Shown here piece by piece: positions 28,935 through 38,688 of a stretch of DNA of 64,000 nucleotides. The DNA comes from an uncultured Gemmatimonadaceae bacterium (lineage in GTDB: Bacteria > Gemmatimonadota > Gemmatimonadetes > Gemmatimonadales > Gemmatimonadaceae). Below the pieces are notes generated by a model. That model searched no databases and was not told where the DNA came from. It worked only from the letters and a program-made list of their open reading frames with translations. The stretch is taken from positions 608,001-672,000 of the forward strand of contig CAWGJO010000020.1 in assembly GCA_963822945.1 (NCBI GenBank), given 5' to 3'. The translations under genes and the position numbers were made by a program. Numbering within the stretch: position 1 is the stretch's first letter; each line of letters begins with the position of its first letter.

Positions 28935-29424
28935 CGGCGATCAACGCTCCGGTCCAGGCCTCGCCCGCCCGCCGCTCGAACCCGTCTCGCCAATCACCGG
29001 CCAAAATGACGCTGGTGTCAAAGATCATCGTGTCGCCCGTCACATCCCCCCTCCCCGCAAGCGCCGAGAATTCGGCCCGACTGACCGACTGCGTGCGCCC
29101 ATCGGCGTCGCGGTAGAACACACGGCCGCCCCCCATCATCTGGGCCCCGACGGAACTGCCGATTTCGCGCAGGCGGCGGAATAGGTCATCAATCGAACAG
29201 CCGGATGCCTGCTCGGCGGTCGGATCGATGCCGACGGCCAGGAACCGGCCGTAGCGCCACTCGCGGGCGCATCGGAGTGGCATGCCGTGTGCTTTCCATT
29301 GGGCGAGATAGCCGTCCACCTGGGCAAGGAGCATCTGCGCCTGATCGGCGGCCAGCTCGCGGTCGGCCGCGAATACCCAGACACGGGCATCGGCGGGAAG
29401 TGACGAGAAGTTGACCTGAGGCAT
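28927..29424 (-). CDS. Conserved hypothetical protein (SGCSID motif)
   Basis: LPADARVWVF, W.AHG.PL, ASGCSIDDL resemble a widespread uncharacterised family. Confidence 0.7.
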   Translation of the reverse strand: MPQVNFSSLPADARVWVFAADRELAADQAQMLLAQVDGYLAQWKAHGMPLRCAREWRYGRFLAVGIDPTAEQASGCSIDDLFRRLREIGSSVGAQMMGGGRVFYRDADGRTQSVSRAEFSALAGRGDVTGDTMIFDTSVILAGDWRDGFERRAGEAWTGALIAAS

Positions 29425-29672
29425 CGTGACGGAGTGAGAATGAGTGGAACGGATTCTCCGGGAAATGTAATGCGGCCTGGCCGTCGACTCGTGCAGGGCG
29501 CATCGGGGCCGGAGATCTGCCGGCGGATCGTCGGAGGCAGACATGCTGCGGCATATGATGGAATCCAACCGTATCTTGCCGGGGATGCGCCCGGTCGGGA
29601 CTGCTCGATCGTCCATGATCTGGGTGGCTCGACAGCTATTCTCTCCTGCGACTTCCCGGAATACATGCCTTC

Positions 29673-30260
29673 ATGAGCGCAGCGACCGGCCTTCGGCTTC
29701 AACGGACTGCGGGGTACACTCTGCTCGAGGTCCTGATCGTCATGGTCATGATCGCGACGCTGGTGGTCATCGCGCGCACCAGGCTCAACGCGCCCCGCTA
29801 CCGCGCCGACGCCGCGATTCAAATGTTTCGGAACGCCCTTACGCAGGCGCAGCGCACCGCCCTGCTCAACCAGTACGACGTCCTCGTGGTCATCGATACG
29901 GTCCACCAGACGATGAAGGTCTCGGAAGACGCCAACAACGACGGTGTCATCGAGTCGGACGAGCATTCGCTGAGCTACCCCCTCACCGATGGCGTCACGT
30001 TCGTCGTCCCGCCCACGGGCCTGGACAGCGCCGTCTCCACTCCGGTGGTGGGGTCGCAGCTCGGAAGCCTCGGTGCCCTCCCCACGATCACCTTCGGGCG
30101 GGACGGCGCGGCGTCCAGCGATCTGCAGCTCTACATCGCGACGCCCCCGAATCCCGGCCGGGTCTATCGCGCGCTCGAGCTCGTCCAGAGCACGGGACGG
30201 AGCGACTGGTACCTGTACAACGCCACCGCCAATATCTGGGTCGAGGGAGGGCTGCGGTGA
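29673..30260 (+). CDS. Type IV minor pilin, FimT/GspH-like (cassette 1)
   Basis: Prepilin site G|YTLLEVL followed by a hydrophobic helix; ITFGRDG. Confidence 0.85.
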   Translation: MSAATGLRLQRTAGYTLLEVLIVMVMIATLVVIARTRLNAPRYRADAAIQMFRNALTQAQRTALLNQYDVLVVIDTVHQTMKVSEDANNDGVIESDEHSLSYPLTDGVTFVVPPTGLDSAVSTPVVGSQLGSLGALPTITFGRDGAASSDLQLYIATPPNPGRVYRALELVQSTGRSDWYLYNATANIWVEGGLR

Positions 30261-30667
30261 AGCCACGTCACCGGCGCCGGTGCCGGCGCGGGGGATTCAC
30301 GCTGGTGGAAGTCGTCATCGCCATGCTCATTCTCGGAAGCGCCCTCCTGGGCATGGCGCTGTTCGTGTCGAGCATGGCGCATTCGGCCAGCAAGTCGCGT
30401 CTGCTCGGGATCGCCAACGAGTTGGCCGCCGATCGCATCGAGACCATCAAGACATCCACCAGCTACGCCACCCTGCCCGCCGACTTCCAGGGCACGGAAA
30501 CCTCCATTCCCGGCAGCGACTTCGCCGGGTTCACGCGCCGGACGATCATCAAGCACGTGGGGGGCAGCCCGTCGGACTCCGTGGACTACATGGTGGTGAC
30601 GGTCCTCGTCTCCGATCCGACGATCAGCGACACCGTTCGCAAGACCACCGTGATCGCATCCTTCTGA
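30257..30667 (+). CDS. Type IV minor pilin, PilV-like (cassette 1)
   Basis: Basic leader, G|FTLVEVVIAMLIL; GTGA overlap. Confidence 0.85.
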   Translation: MKPRHRRRCRRGGFTLVEVVIAMLILGSALLGMALFVSSMAHSASKSRLLGIANELAADRIETIKTSTSYATLPADFQGTETSIPGSDFAGFTRRTIIKHVGGSPSDSVDYMVVTVLVSDPTISDTVRKTTVIASF

Positions 30668-30673
30668 CGCCGC

Positions 30674-31825
30674 ATGACCATCGACGCCACTCGCCGCGGA
30701 TTCACGCTCATGGAACTGCTCGTCGCGATGATCCTGATGATGGTCATCATGACCGTCGCCGTGCAGACCTTCCGGCGCAGCTCCATTCTGCTCGCCTCGC
30801 AGGCCGGGATGCTCGAGGCGCAGCAGAATGGGCGGTTCGCCGTCATGAACATCGACCGCGACCTCCGGGTGGCCGGCGCGGGTCTGGCGGCCACGCAGCC
30901 GATGATCGTTCAGGCTTCCAACACGGCGATCACCTTCAACGTCGATCTCGTGTCGCGCGATTCCACCGACCCGTCGGCGGTGTACGTCGACCCCAAAGCC
31001 GACAGCAATACGACCTCGGCCATGCGCACCAGCCGCCAGATCACGCTCCCCGGCTCCAGCAGGACCTACCCCGACAGCACCTACTACACGGCGGCCGGTC
31101 TGCTCAGCCCCGCCGAGACGATCTCGTACTACCTCGCCAAGGACTCGACGACGTCGCTGAGCAACGAGTACATCCTCTGGCGCCGGGTGAACGCGGCGAC
31201 TCCGCGCGTCATCGCCCGGGGCATCCGCTTCGATCCCACCGACACGGTCTTCCAGTACTACCGGGCAAACGACACTGGTGCGGTCTCGCTCATTCCGCAG
31301 TCGAGTCTCCCGCTCTACCACTCGGTGCCGGTACACGGGTCGCCGGCCGACACGGGACGCTTTGCGCTCATCGACAGTATCCGTAGCGTGCGGGTGCGGC
31401 TGACCGCCATCTACCACGATCCCCGGCGGGGTGATGTGCTCCGGCCCATCGAGGCCACCATCCGGCTGCTCAACGCGGGGCTCGTCAACCGCACCACGTG
31501 CGGGCAGCCGCCGCTCGGAGTCACCGTCACGACCGCCACGTCCGTGGCCGGCGCCGCGTCACCGTTCGTGAAGCTCATGTGGGGCCCCTCGCTCGATGAC
31601 GGCGGTGGTGAGAACGATGTGGACCGGTACGCCATCTTCCGGCGGCCCGATACGGCCGCAACCTTCATCCAGCCGTTCGCCAGCGTGCCCGCCGGTGCCG
31701 CGAGCTACACGTACATCGACAGCGATGTGAAATCGGGGGACCGCTGGATCTACGGCGTGGCCGCGACGGACTGCACACCCAGCAGTTCGCCCGTCGCCAC
31801 CACGGGCGTCATCGTCGTTCCATGA
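30674..31825 (+). CDS. Type IV minor pilin, PilW-like with FN3-like C-terminus (cassette 1)
   Basis: RRG|FTLMELLVAM, QQNGRFA..I.RDLRVAG; C-terminal W..S.DD..Y.IFRR..YTYID..W.YGV.A. Confidence 0.82.
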   Translation: MTIDATRRGFTLMELLVAMILMMVIMTVAVQTFRRSSILLASQAGMLEAQQNGRFAVMNIDRDLRVAGAGLAATQPMIVQASNTAITFNVDLVSRDSTDPSAVYVDPKADSNTTSAMRTSRQITLPGSSRTYPDSTYYTAAGLLSPAETISYYLAKDSTTSLSNEYILWRRVNAATPRVIARGIRFDPTDTVFQYYRANDTGAVSLIPQSSLPLYHSVPVHGSPADTGRFALIDSIRSVRVRLTAIYHDPRRGDVLRPIEATIRLLNAGLVNRTTCGQPPLGVTVTTATSVAGAASPFVKLMWGPSLDDGGGENDVDRYAIFRRPDTAATFIQPFASVPAGAASYTYIDSDVKSGDRWIYGVAATDCTPSSSPVATTGVIVVP

Positions 31826-33771
31826 CCGGCATCGACACCATGAGCCGCCGTTCTTCGACCTGCCGCATCCGCCTGCGCGGCCCGCGCCCCCACGGTGCCG
31901 GACTCACGAGCCGAACGGGGTTCGCGCTGGGTCTGGCGCTGGTGTTCACCATCGCCATCGGCGCGCTGGCCACCACGGCGATCATTCTCTCGTCCAATGC
32001 GACGATGATGGCCAAAGCGGTGGATCGCCAGCGCGACATGAAGTACGCCGCCGAGGCCGCCCTGCAGATGGCCAAGAGCCGGATCACGCAGGACGCGGCG
32101 CTCGTGCCCGATAGCGGCGTTCGCCAGATCATGACCAACCAACGGATCTATGCGGCCGACGACCGGCCGGTACCCGGGATCACCGTCAACGCGTGGGTGG
32201 GACCCTCCGGTTCCACCACCGGCCAGTTCGGCCGGTTCGTGAGTATCGTCGCCCAGGCCAACGGGCTACGCGGCGCCGGATTCGTCCGCCGATTGGAGAT
32301 GTCCGAGGAGAGCTTCGCCAAGTATGCGTACTGGTCGAACTCCGAATCGATGATGGGGACCACCATCTACTTCCAGAATGGCGATCAGCTCTGGGGACCG
32401 GTCTGGTCCAACGACATCATCCACATCGGCAGCACCGGTGCCACGTTCCACGATCGGGTGGGCACCGCACAGACGATCAGCGGGCTCCCGTACGGCACCT
32501 TCCTGCGCGGCTACGCCCAGAACCAGCCGCCGATGGCGCTCCCGTCGGACACCACACTCGCGCCGCTGGCCAATTACGCGGCATCCGCCGGCTACAGCTT
32601 CACCGCTCCCACCAACGGCGATGAGACCTCGACGCTCATGCGGATCGAGTTCGTGGCCACCGACCTCAACCACGACGGCGACTCCACCGACGACGACGAG
32701 GGGTTCTTCCGCGTCTACCAGGCCAACACCGGACAACAGGCCTGGCTGCGCGGCGACTGGCCCGGCGGTAGTTCGGTGAGCGCCTATAAGAACTGCGGCG
32801 ACTGGCACGCAGTGCCGGGGTCGTCGGAGCTCAAGTTCTTCCCCGCCTCCGTGCACCCGACTGCCTGGTTCCAGCAGTTGATGGTCGCCGCCGGCATGTC
32901 CGATCCAGCCGCGGACGCCGAGCAGTCGGCGTCCATCTCCACGATCATGCAACACCCCGGCGCCCGCTGTTATCTGGGCGGCGATCCCCACCTGGTGGCC
33001 GTTTCCCGCACGGCAGCGCTGTACCCGAATGCTGCCGACCGGCAGAAGGGTGGCGACGACACCACGTTCACTCCGGTGGGGGCGTACGGGTCGTGGCTCC
33101 AGTACTCGGCCGCTCCCAACCCGGCCGTGTCGGCCGTGCGCGCCGACGCCCGGTATCTGTTCCCCCTGTATCGCGGGTTCAACCCGAACACCAAGGGTGT
33201 GGTCTACGTCAACGGAACGGTGGGCGTGAGTGGTACGGTCCGTGGTCACGTGACCACATACGTCCGCGGCGGCGATCTGGTGTTGCTCGACGATCTGCGA
33301 TACGCCGATGATCCCGCCCAGGGAAAGTGCGCCGACGCCCTGGGGCTCATCAGCGACAACGACATCGTCGTGGCCGACAACGCCGTCAACACGCCGCAGT
33401 ACACGGGATCAACCTATCAGTCCCTGGACGACACCCAGGGGCTGGAGCTCCAGGCCGTCCTCATGGCCCTGAACACGTCGTTCCGCGTGCAGAACTACGG
33501 GTCGGGGCCGACGAGCGCCATCAACTGCCAGGGCCACTTGGTGGGGCGCGGCTGCCTGTATCTCACGGGCGGGATCATCCAGCAGTCGCGGGGCCCCGTG
33601 GGCATGGGCACGGGCCAGGGCTATTCCAAGCAGTACAGCTACGACCGGTGCGCAGCCGACGACCCGCCGCCCTACTTCCCGTCCACCGGCCGCTTCACGG
33701 ACAACCGCTACTTCGAGATCAACCCGGTGGGCTTCAACGTGACCGCGTTGTTTGCCGCCATCACGCGTTGA
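31822..33771 (+). CDS. Large PilX-like minor pilin / putative tip adhesin (cassette 1)
   Basis: G|FALGLALVF without Glu5 (a PilX trait), YAAEAAL; Cys-containing extension ending YSYD..PPPYFP. Start may be 31840. Confidence 0.72.
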   Translation: MTGIDTMSRRSSTCRIRLRGPRPHGAGLTSRTGFALGLALVFTIAIGALATTAIILSSNATMMAKAVDRQRDMKYAAEAALQMAKSRITQDAALVPDSGVRQIMTNQRIYAADDRPVPGITVNAWVGPSGSTTGQFGRFVSIVAQANGLRGAGFVRRLEMSEESFAKYAYWSNSESMMGTTIYFQNGDQLWGPVWSNDIIHIGSTGATFHDRVGTAQTISGLPYGTFLRGYAQNQPPMALPSDTTLAPLANYAASAGYSFTAPTNGDETSTLMRIEFVATDLNHDGDSTDDDEGFFRVYQANTGQQAWLRGDWPGGSSVSAYKNCGDWHAVPGSSELKFFPASVHPTAWFQQLMVAAGMSDPAADAEQSASISTIMQHPGARCYLGGDPHLVAVSRTAALYPNAADRQKGGDDTTFTPVGAYGSWLQYSAAPNPAVSAVRADARYLFPLYRGFNPNTKGVVYVNGTVGVSGTVRGHVTTYVRGGDLVLLDDLRYADDPAQGKCADALGLISDNDIVVADNAVNTPQYTGSTYQSLDDTQGLELQAVLMALNTSFRVQNYGSGPTSAINCQGHLVGRGCLYLTGGIIQQSRGPVGMGTGQGYSKQYSYDRCAADDPPPYFPSTGRFTDNRYFEINPVGFNVTALFAAITR

Positions 33772-33789
33772 CGCTCAGGTAGCCGCCGT

Positions 33790-34794
33790 TCACGACGGGT
33801 CGGGATCCCGGCGCTCGATCGCGTCGATCTCGCGCTGTGCCCCCAGTTCGCGAAACAGCCCCAGCGCCCGCTCGCGCCAGCGTTGCGCCTCGCCGTCGCC
33901 CGCGAACCGTTTCAGCTCCCACAGCTCACGACTGGCCTCCGCCTCCAGCAGCTTCACGCGGAACCGCTGCGCGACACGGGCCGCCTCCACGAGCGCCGAC
34001 TCGGCCTCGACCACATGCCCCGCCACACGGTGCGCATAGCCCAGCCACCGGTACGCCTCGCCGCGCTCTACCTCATCGCCGATGTCGATCGAGATCGACA
34101 TCGAGACCTCGCAGTTGTGCACCGCCTTGTCGAAGGCTTGCTGGGCCACGAACACTTCCGCCTGGTTGAGCAGCACCTTGGCGACCATCGGACGGTTGCC
34201 CAGGAACTCGCACAGCCCCAGGCACTGTGCGTAGGCATCGCCCGCCGCCTCCCATTCCTCACGGTCGGCGTACACCATACCCAGGTTGTGGAGCGCCAAT
34301 GCCTCGCGGCTGCGGTCCCCATTGTCGCGAAACAACGCGCGCGCCCGCAGGTAGTGCCAGAGCGCGTTCTCGAGGTTGCCCTCGATGTTGGCAATCACCC
34401 CGAGGTTCAGCATCAACTGGCCGATGAGCACGGGGTCGCTGGTGCGCTCCATGGCCATCTGGTAGGATGCCCGCGCCTGGGCGTACTCGCCGCGGGAATA
34501 GTGCACGGCCCCGATACCGTTCTCCGCCCGGGCTTCGAGATCTGGAACGCGGCCCTCGCGCGCCGTCGTGCGCGCCCGGTCGTACCACTCCAGCGCCACG
34601 TCGTACCGGCCCTGCCGCCACGCCACGCGCCCGAGCCGGAACAGCCCCTCAGCTGCGGCCGTACGATCGTCCGCCTCCGCCACGCGGGCGTAGGCGGCAG
34701 TGGCTTGCACATAGTCGCCCCGCTGCTCGGCGGCTTCGCCGTCGGACAGCGTGGATTCTGGATTCGGGGTTCGATCGAATGCCATCATCGGCAT
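33790..34794 (-). CDS. Tetratricopeptide repeat protein (no signal peptide)
   Basis: About 7-8 TPR units (LFRLGRVAW..G.Y..A; NGIGAVHY; LNLGVIA; HNLGMVY); GAGGA RBS. Confidence 0.88.
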   Translation of the reverse strand: MPMMAFDRTPNPESTLSDGEAAEQRGDYVQATAAYARVAEADDRTAAAEGLFRLGRVAWRQGRYDVALEWYDRARTTAREGRVPDLEARAENGIGAVHYSRGEYAQARASYQMAMERTSDPVLIGQLMLNLGVIANIEGNLENALWHYLRARALFRDNGDRSREALALHNLGMVYADREEWEAAGDAYAQCLGLCEFLGNRPMVAKVLLNQAEVFVAQQAFDKAVHNCEVSMSISIDIGDEVERGEAYRWLGYAHRVAGHVVEAESALVEAARVAQRFRVKLLEAEASRELWELKRFAGDGEAQRWRERALGLFRELGAQREIDAIERRDPDPS

Positions 34795-34824
34795 GTCAGT
34801 CCTCGGAGGTGGACCGCGCGCGGA

Positions 34825-35406
34825 TCACAGCGCGATCGCATATGACGAGAAGTGGTGGATCTTGGTCGTGACGGTATGGCTGCCCCCATTGAACGTGCCC
34901 TCGAGCATTTCGAGCACGTTGCCGTCGTTGTCGAGATAGTCCACATGTCTCGGTGTCTGCGCCCCCACATTACATCCGTCCGTACTCAGGACCAGGATGA
35001 CGTCCTTGTCGAAGTGCAGGCCGTGCGGCTCGAAATGGATGTCGGCCAGGGTGTCCGCCGGAATCGTGGCCGTGATCAGTGTGGAGTCCGAGAGCGCGCC
35101 CCCGGGGATGATCAGCCGGTCGTTTCCCACCTGGATGACTGCCCCCGAGGCCCCGACCCAGGCGCTGGTCGAGGCCGCAGCATGCAGGCCGCACGCCAGC
35201 AGTTGGGAGCGGCCGTCGTCGTCATTCTCGGACTGGCTGCGCTGGTCGTCGTTCTCGGACTGGCTGCGCTGATCGAGGCTGGGAGTGACACGGCTCGCGC
35301 CTGCCCCGGCGATCGTGGCCGGTGATGTCATGTCGCGACACCCGAACACGGCGGCGGCTGTCGCGCCGGCGAGGAGCAGGGTGAGCATGGCCTTGGTACG
35401 TCTCAT
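34825..35406 (-). CDS. Lipoprotein with a ZU5-like domain ending in an HFS motif
   Basis: GGAG RBS, lipobox VFGC; GASGAVI..LIIPGGAL..ITAT..FEPHGLHF.K.V.L; C-terminus HFSSYAIAL. CDS is secure; the fold is inferred. Confidence 0.65.
   Translation of the reverse strand: MRRTKAMLTLLLAGATAAAVFGCRDMTSPATIAGAGASRVTPSLDQRSQSENDDQRSQSENDDDGRSQLLACGLHAAASTSAWVGASGAVIQVGNDRLIIPGGALSDSTLITATIPADTLADIHFEPHGLHFDKDVILVLSTDGCNVGAQTPRHVDYLDNDGNVLEMLEGTFNGGSHTVTTKIHHFSSYAIAL
35221..35274. repeat. 27-bp tandem duplication, in frame (DQRSQSEND x2)
   Basis: gtcattctcggactggctgcgctggtc / gtcgttctcggactggctgcgctgatc; 2 mismatches. Confidence 0.9.
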
Positions 35407-35453
35407 GGAGCGAATCTCCGGCTTGGAAGAAGAAGTCACGTGATGATCGAGGT

Positions 35454-36275
35454 TCAGAGAGCGAGGGTCGGTTCGCGCAGCCCAGCGCGCGAGCCTGAGC
35501 TAGAGGCGTTGGCCTGGCGAACCTGACGGAGCAACGCCCGCACCACGAATGCGGCGCCGCCGCGACGGCGGATGTCGCTGGGCGTGGAGTGGAGGTAGCG
35601 CTGGCACACGTTCCGAAAGGCGCTCCCCGAGGGAAATCCGAGGCTCGAGGCCACGCGGTCCCCCGTGCGGTGCGGGTCTTCCAACATCCGGGCTGCCACG
35701 ATCAACCGCCCCCAGGTGAGGAGGCGGCGGGGCGGCGGATAGCCGGCCACGGCGAGCCGCTGGCTGACCGTGCGCCTGGGCAGCGCCAGCAGCCGCGCCA
35801 GTCCCGAGGGTGACAATCGCTCGTGGGCGCGCGTGATCACCAACAGCACCGCGTCCCGCACGCTCGGATCCACCTCGCCGAGCGCCAGCCGGACTTCGCT
35901 GCCCAGGCTGCGCGACTCGGCGTGCTCGATCCGGGCCAGCAGCTGACGGGGACTGTCATCCTGGTCGGCGATGATCAACGCATCCATGCCGATGCGCCCG
36001 GCGTCGAACACGTCCCGGACGCGCTCCATAGTGATCGTGGAATAGCTGAGCAGCGACAATCCCGGCCAGCGCTGCTTCAGCTGGCGCACGCGCTCGAAGT
36101 TGGCCTGCCCCGTGGCGTACAGGTCCACCACGGCAATGCGCACGGGATGTGCCTCGCACGCCTCCGCCAGCGCTTCCCATGTCGTGCACGGCACCAACTC
36201 GTGCCGGTCGCGAATCGCGGCCCGCAGGCGTTGCAGGTGTCCGGGCTGCGGCAACAGCGTGGCTATTACGCCCAT
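35454..36275 (-). CDS. AraC-type HTH regulator with an atypical receiver-like N-terminal domain
   Basis: LARLLALPRRTVSQRL; VASSLGFPSGSAFRNVCQRYLHSTPS; N-terminal IAVVDL lacks the usual acidic pair. Confidence 0.78.
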   Translation of the reverse strand: MGVIATLLPQPGHLQRLRAAIRDRHELVPCTTWEALAEACEAHPVRIAVVDLYATGQANFERVRQLKQRWPGLSLLSYSTITMERVRDVFDAGRIGMDALIIADQDDSPRQLLARIEHAESRSLGSEVRLALGEVDPSVRDAVLLVITRAHERLSPSGLARLLALPRRTVSQRLAVAGYPPPRRLLTWGRLIVAARMLEDPHRTGDRVASSLGFPSGSAFRNVCQRYLHSTPSDIRRRGGAAFVVRALLRQVRQANASSSGSRAGLREPTLAL

Positions 36276-36522
36276 CCGTCGACCGGGAAGGAGGGAAGTT
36301 GGACCCGCGGGACTCTGTGTGGGGAATCGGGAAGTCCCCTACGGTAGACGAGCGAAGGCATTTCAGGCAAGGCTGATTGCCATACAATGTGACGAACCAT
36401 GCCCGGACAGTGATACCCGCCGTCACGGGGCCGGTTACTGTCGAGGTCAGATCATCGTTGCCACAGAGAAGGACGACCCACTCCGCGGTCGTCACCAATC
36501 TGATTTCTTCCCGGTCCCACAT

Positions 36523-37110
36523 ATGGCCATGCGCAATCACGAATCGCCGACGCCGGCTTCGGGATTCACGCTCTTCGAAATCGTGATCGTCCTGATCATG
36601 ATGGGCGTGATCGCCGCGCTGGCAATCCCGCGGCTGGACATCCAACGGTACCGTACCGACGCGGCCGTGCAGGGGGTGCGCAGCGTCCTCATGCAGGCGC
36701 AGCGCACCGCCCTCGTCCGCCAGTACAACGTCGTGATCAGTATCGACACGGTACACAACACGCTCGAGTGGTCGGAAGACGCCAACAACGACGGCACGAT
36801 TCAGAGCACCGAGCACAGGCGAGCCTATCCGCTCAATGACGGCGTCAAGTTCGCCGTGCCTCCCACCGGGATCAACGGCTCCGTGTCGTCATCCATCGTC
36901 GGGTCGCATCTGGGCGTCCTGAACGGGCTGCCGACGGTCACCTTTCACCGTGACGGCGCCGCCACCACCGACCTGCAACTCTACGTCGCCGGCCCCGCGC
37001 AGCCCGACGTGACCTACCGGGCGGTCGAGCTCACGCTCGGCACCGGACGCACGGACTGGTACCTCTACAACAGCCAGGCCCACAAATGGGTTCTCGGGGG
37101 GGCGAAGTGA
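36523..37110 (+). CDS. Type IV minor pilin, FimT/GspH-like (cassette 2)
   Basis: G|FTLFEIVIVL; paralogue of 29673..30260. Start at 36523 or 36529. Confidence 0.85.
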   Translation: MAMRNHESPTPASGFTLFEIVIVLIMMGVIAALAIPRLDIQRYRTDAAVQGVRSVLMQAQRTALVRQYNVVISIDTVHNTLEWSEDANNDGTIQSTEHRRAYPLNDGVKFAVPPTGINGSVSSSIVGSHLGVLNGLPTVTFHRDGAATTDLQLYVAGPAQPDVTYRAVELTLGTGRTDWYLYNSQAHKWVLGGAK

Positions 37111-37514
37111 GGCGCCGGCGCAGGCTCCGGCAGCGTGCGGGATTCTCGCTGCCCGAGGTCATCGTGGCCCTGGCCATTCTGACGGCCGCGCTACTTGGCC
37201 TGGCGCTGTTCGTGTCCCGCATGGCCCACGCGACATCGGACTCCCGCCTGCTCGGGACCGCCGATGAACTCGTCACCAACCGCATCGAAGCGATCAAGGC
37301 GATCACGAATTACGCCTCGATCGACACCTGCGCGGGAACCGAGACCTCGATTCCGGGATCCGCCAGCTACAAGGGATTCACCCGCCAGACGCTGATCTCG
37401 CATGTGGGCGGGGGCGTGGCCGATTCCGTGGACTACCGCATCGTCACCGTGATCGTGAACAACCCTGTGCTGTCGTCGCCGGTGAAGAAGACCACCGCGA
37501 TCGCCGCCTTCTAG
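37107..37514 (+). CDS. Type IV minor pilin, PilV-like (cassette 2)
   Basis: G|FSLPEVIVAL; shares GTETSIPGS and DSVDY with the cassette 1 copy. Confidence 0.85.
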   Translation: MRRRRRLRQRAGFSLPEVIVALAILTAALLGLALFVSRMAHATSDSRLLGTADELVTNRIEAIKAITNYASIDTCAGTETSIPGSASYKGFTRQTLISHVGGGVADSVDYRIVTVIVNNPVLSSPVKKTTAIAAF

Positions 37515-37525
37515 CCGAGCTCCCT

Positions 37526-38683
37526 ATGTCCACACTGCGCGCACGCCGCGGCTTCACGATACTCGAGTTGCTGGTGGCCACGATCCTCCTCATGGTCGTC
37601 ATGGCCACCACCATTCAGACGTTCCGCAAGAGTTCCATACTGCTGGGCGCCCAGGGTGGGCGCCTCGAGGCACAACAGAACGCCCGGTTCGCAATCACGT
37701 CCATCGATCGCGATCTCCGGGTCGCGGGGGTGGGCGTCGTCCCCGGCCAGCCGATTCTCGTCGAGGCCGACACGACGGCGCTCGTGTTCAACGTGGATCT
37801 CATCTCGCGCGTCCTCGGCGACGTGGGTTCGGTGTACGTCGACACGAGCGCGGATTCGAACGCCGTTTCGGCCATGAAATCCGTGAACAAGCTCCTGCTG
37901 CCCGGCATGAGCACCTACTACCCGAATTCGACCTACGTCCAGTCGGGCGGCACGGTGAGCGGCGCCGAGACGGTTGCCTACTACATCGCGAAGGACTCCT
38001 CGTCCAGCGACCCCAACCAGTACAACCTGTACCGGCGAGTCAACGCGACCACCCCGCAGATCATCGCCCGAGGCATTCAGTACACCCCCGGCGATACCAT
38101 CTTCCAGTACTTCAAGACCGACACCCTCGGCAATCTCACTGCAATTCCGATGTCGTCGCTGCCTCTGTACCACAAGGCGACGATCCACGGGTCGATCGCC
38201 GACACCGGCAAGTTCGCGCTCGTGGACAGCATCCGATCGGTCAAGGTCAAGCTCGTCGCCGTCTACCACGATCCGCACGAGCCGGCGAGCGCCGTGACGC
38301 GCACGATCCGCAGCACGCTCGTCGTTGCCAACACGGGCCTCGTCAACGCCACCACCTGCGGCAACCCGCCGCTGGGGGTAACGGTCACCGACAGCACGTC
38401 CCCGCTCGGGTCGACGACACCGTTCGTCACCATCATGTGGCACCCGTCCACGGACGACGGCGGAGGTGAGCGCGACGTGGAGAACTACGCCATTTACCGG
38501 CGCCCCGACACCGTCGCCACGTTCAACCAGCCGCTGGCGAACGTCCCGGCCGGCGATACGGCCTATTCGTGGACCGACAACAATGTGGCGACAGGTGACC
38601 ACTGGATCTACGGCGTGTCGGCGCAGGACTGCACGCCCTCCAGCTCACCGATCGGCGCCACCGGCATCATCATCGTGCCCTAA
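37526..38683 (+). CDS. Type IV minor pilin, PilW-like (cassette 2)
   Basis: RRG|FTILELLVA, IDRDLRVAG; collinear with 30674..31825. Confidence 0.82.
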   Translation: MSTLRARRGFTILELLVATILLMVVMATTIQTFRKSSILLGAQGGRLEAQQNARFAITSIDRDLRVAGVGVVPGQPILVEADTTALVFNVDLISRVLGDVGSVYVDTSADSNAVSAMKSVNKLLLPGMSTYYPNSTYVQSGGTVSGAETVAYYIAKDSSSSDPNQYNLYRRVNATTPQIIARGIQYTPGDTIFQYFKTDTLGNLTAIPMSSLPLYHKATIHGSIADTGKFALVDSIRSVKVKLVAVYHDPHEPASAVTRTIRSTLVVANTGLVNATTCGNPPLGVTVTDSTSPLGSTTPFVTIMWHPSTDDGGGERDVENYAIYRRPDTVATFNQPLANVPAGDTAYSWTDNNVATGDHWIYGVSAQDCTPSSSPIGATGIIIVP

Positions 38684-38688
38684 CAGGA

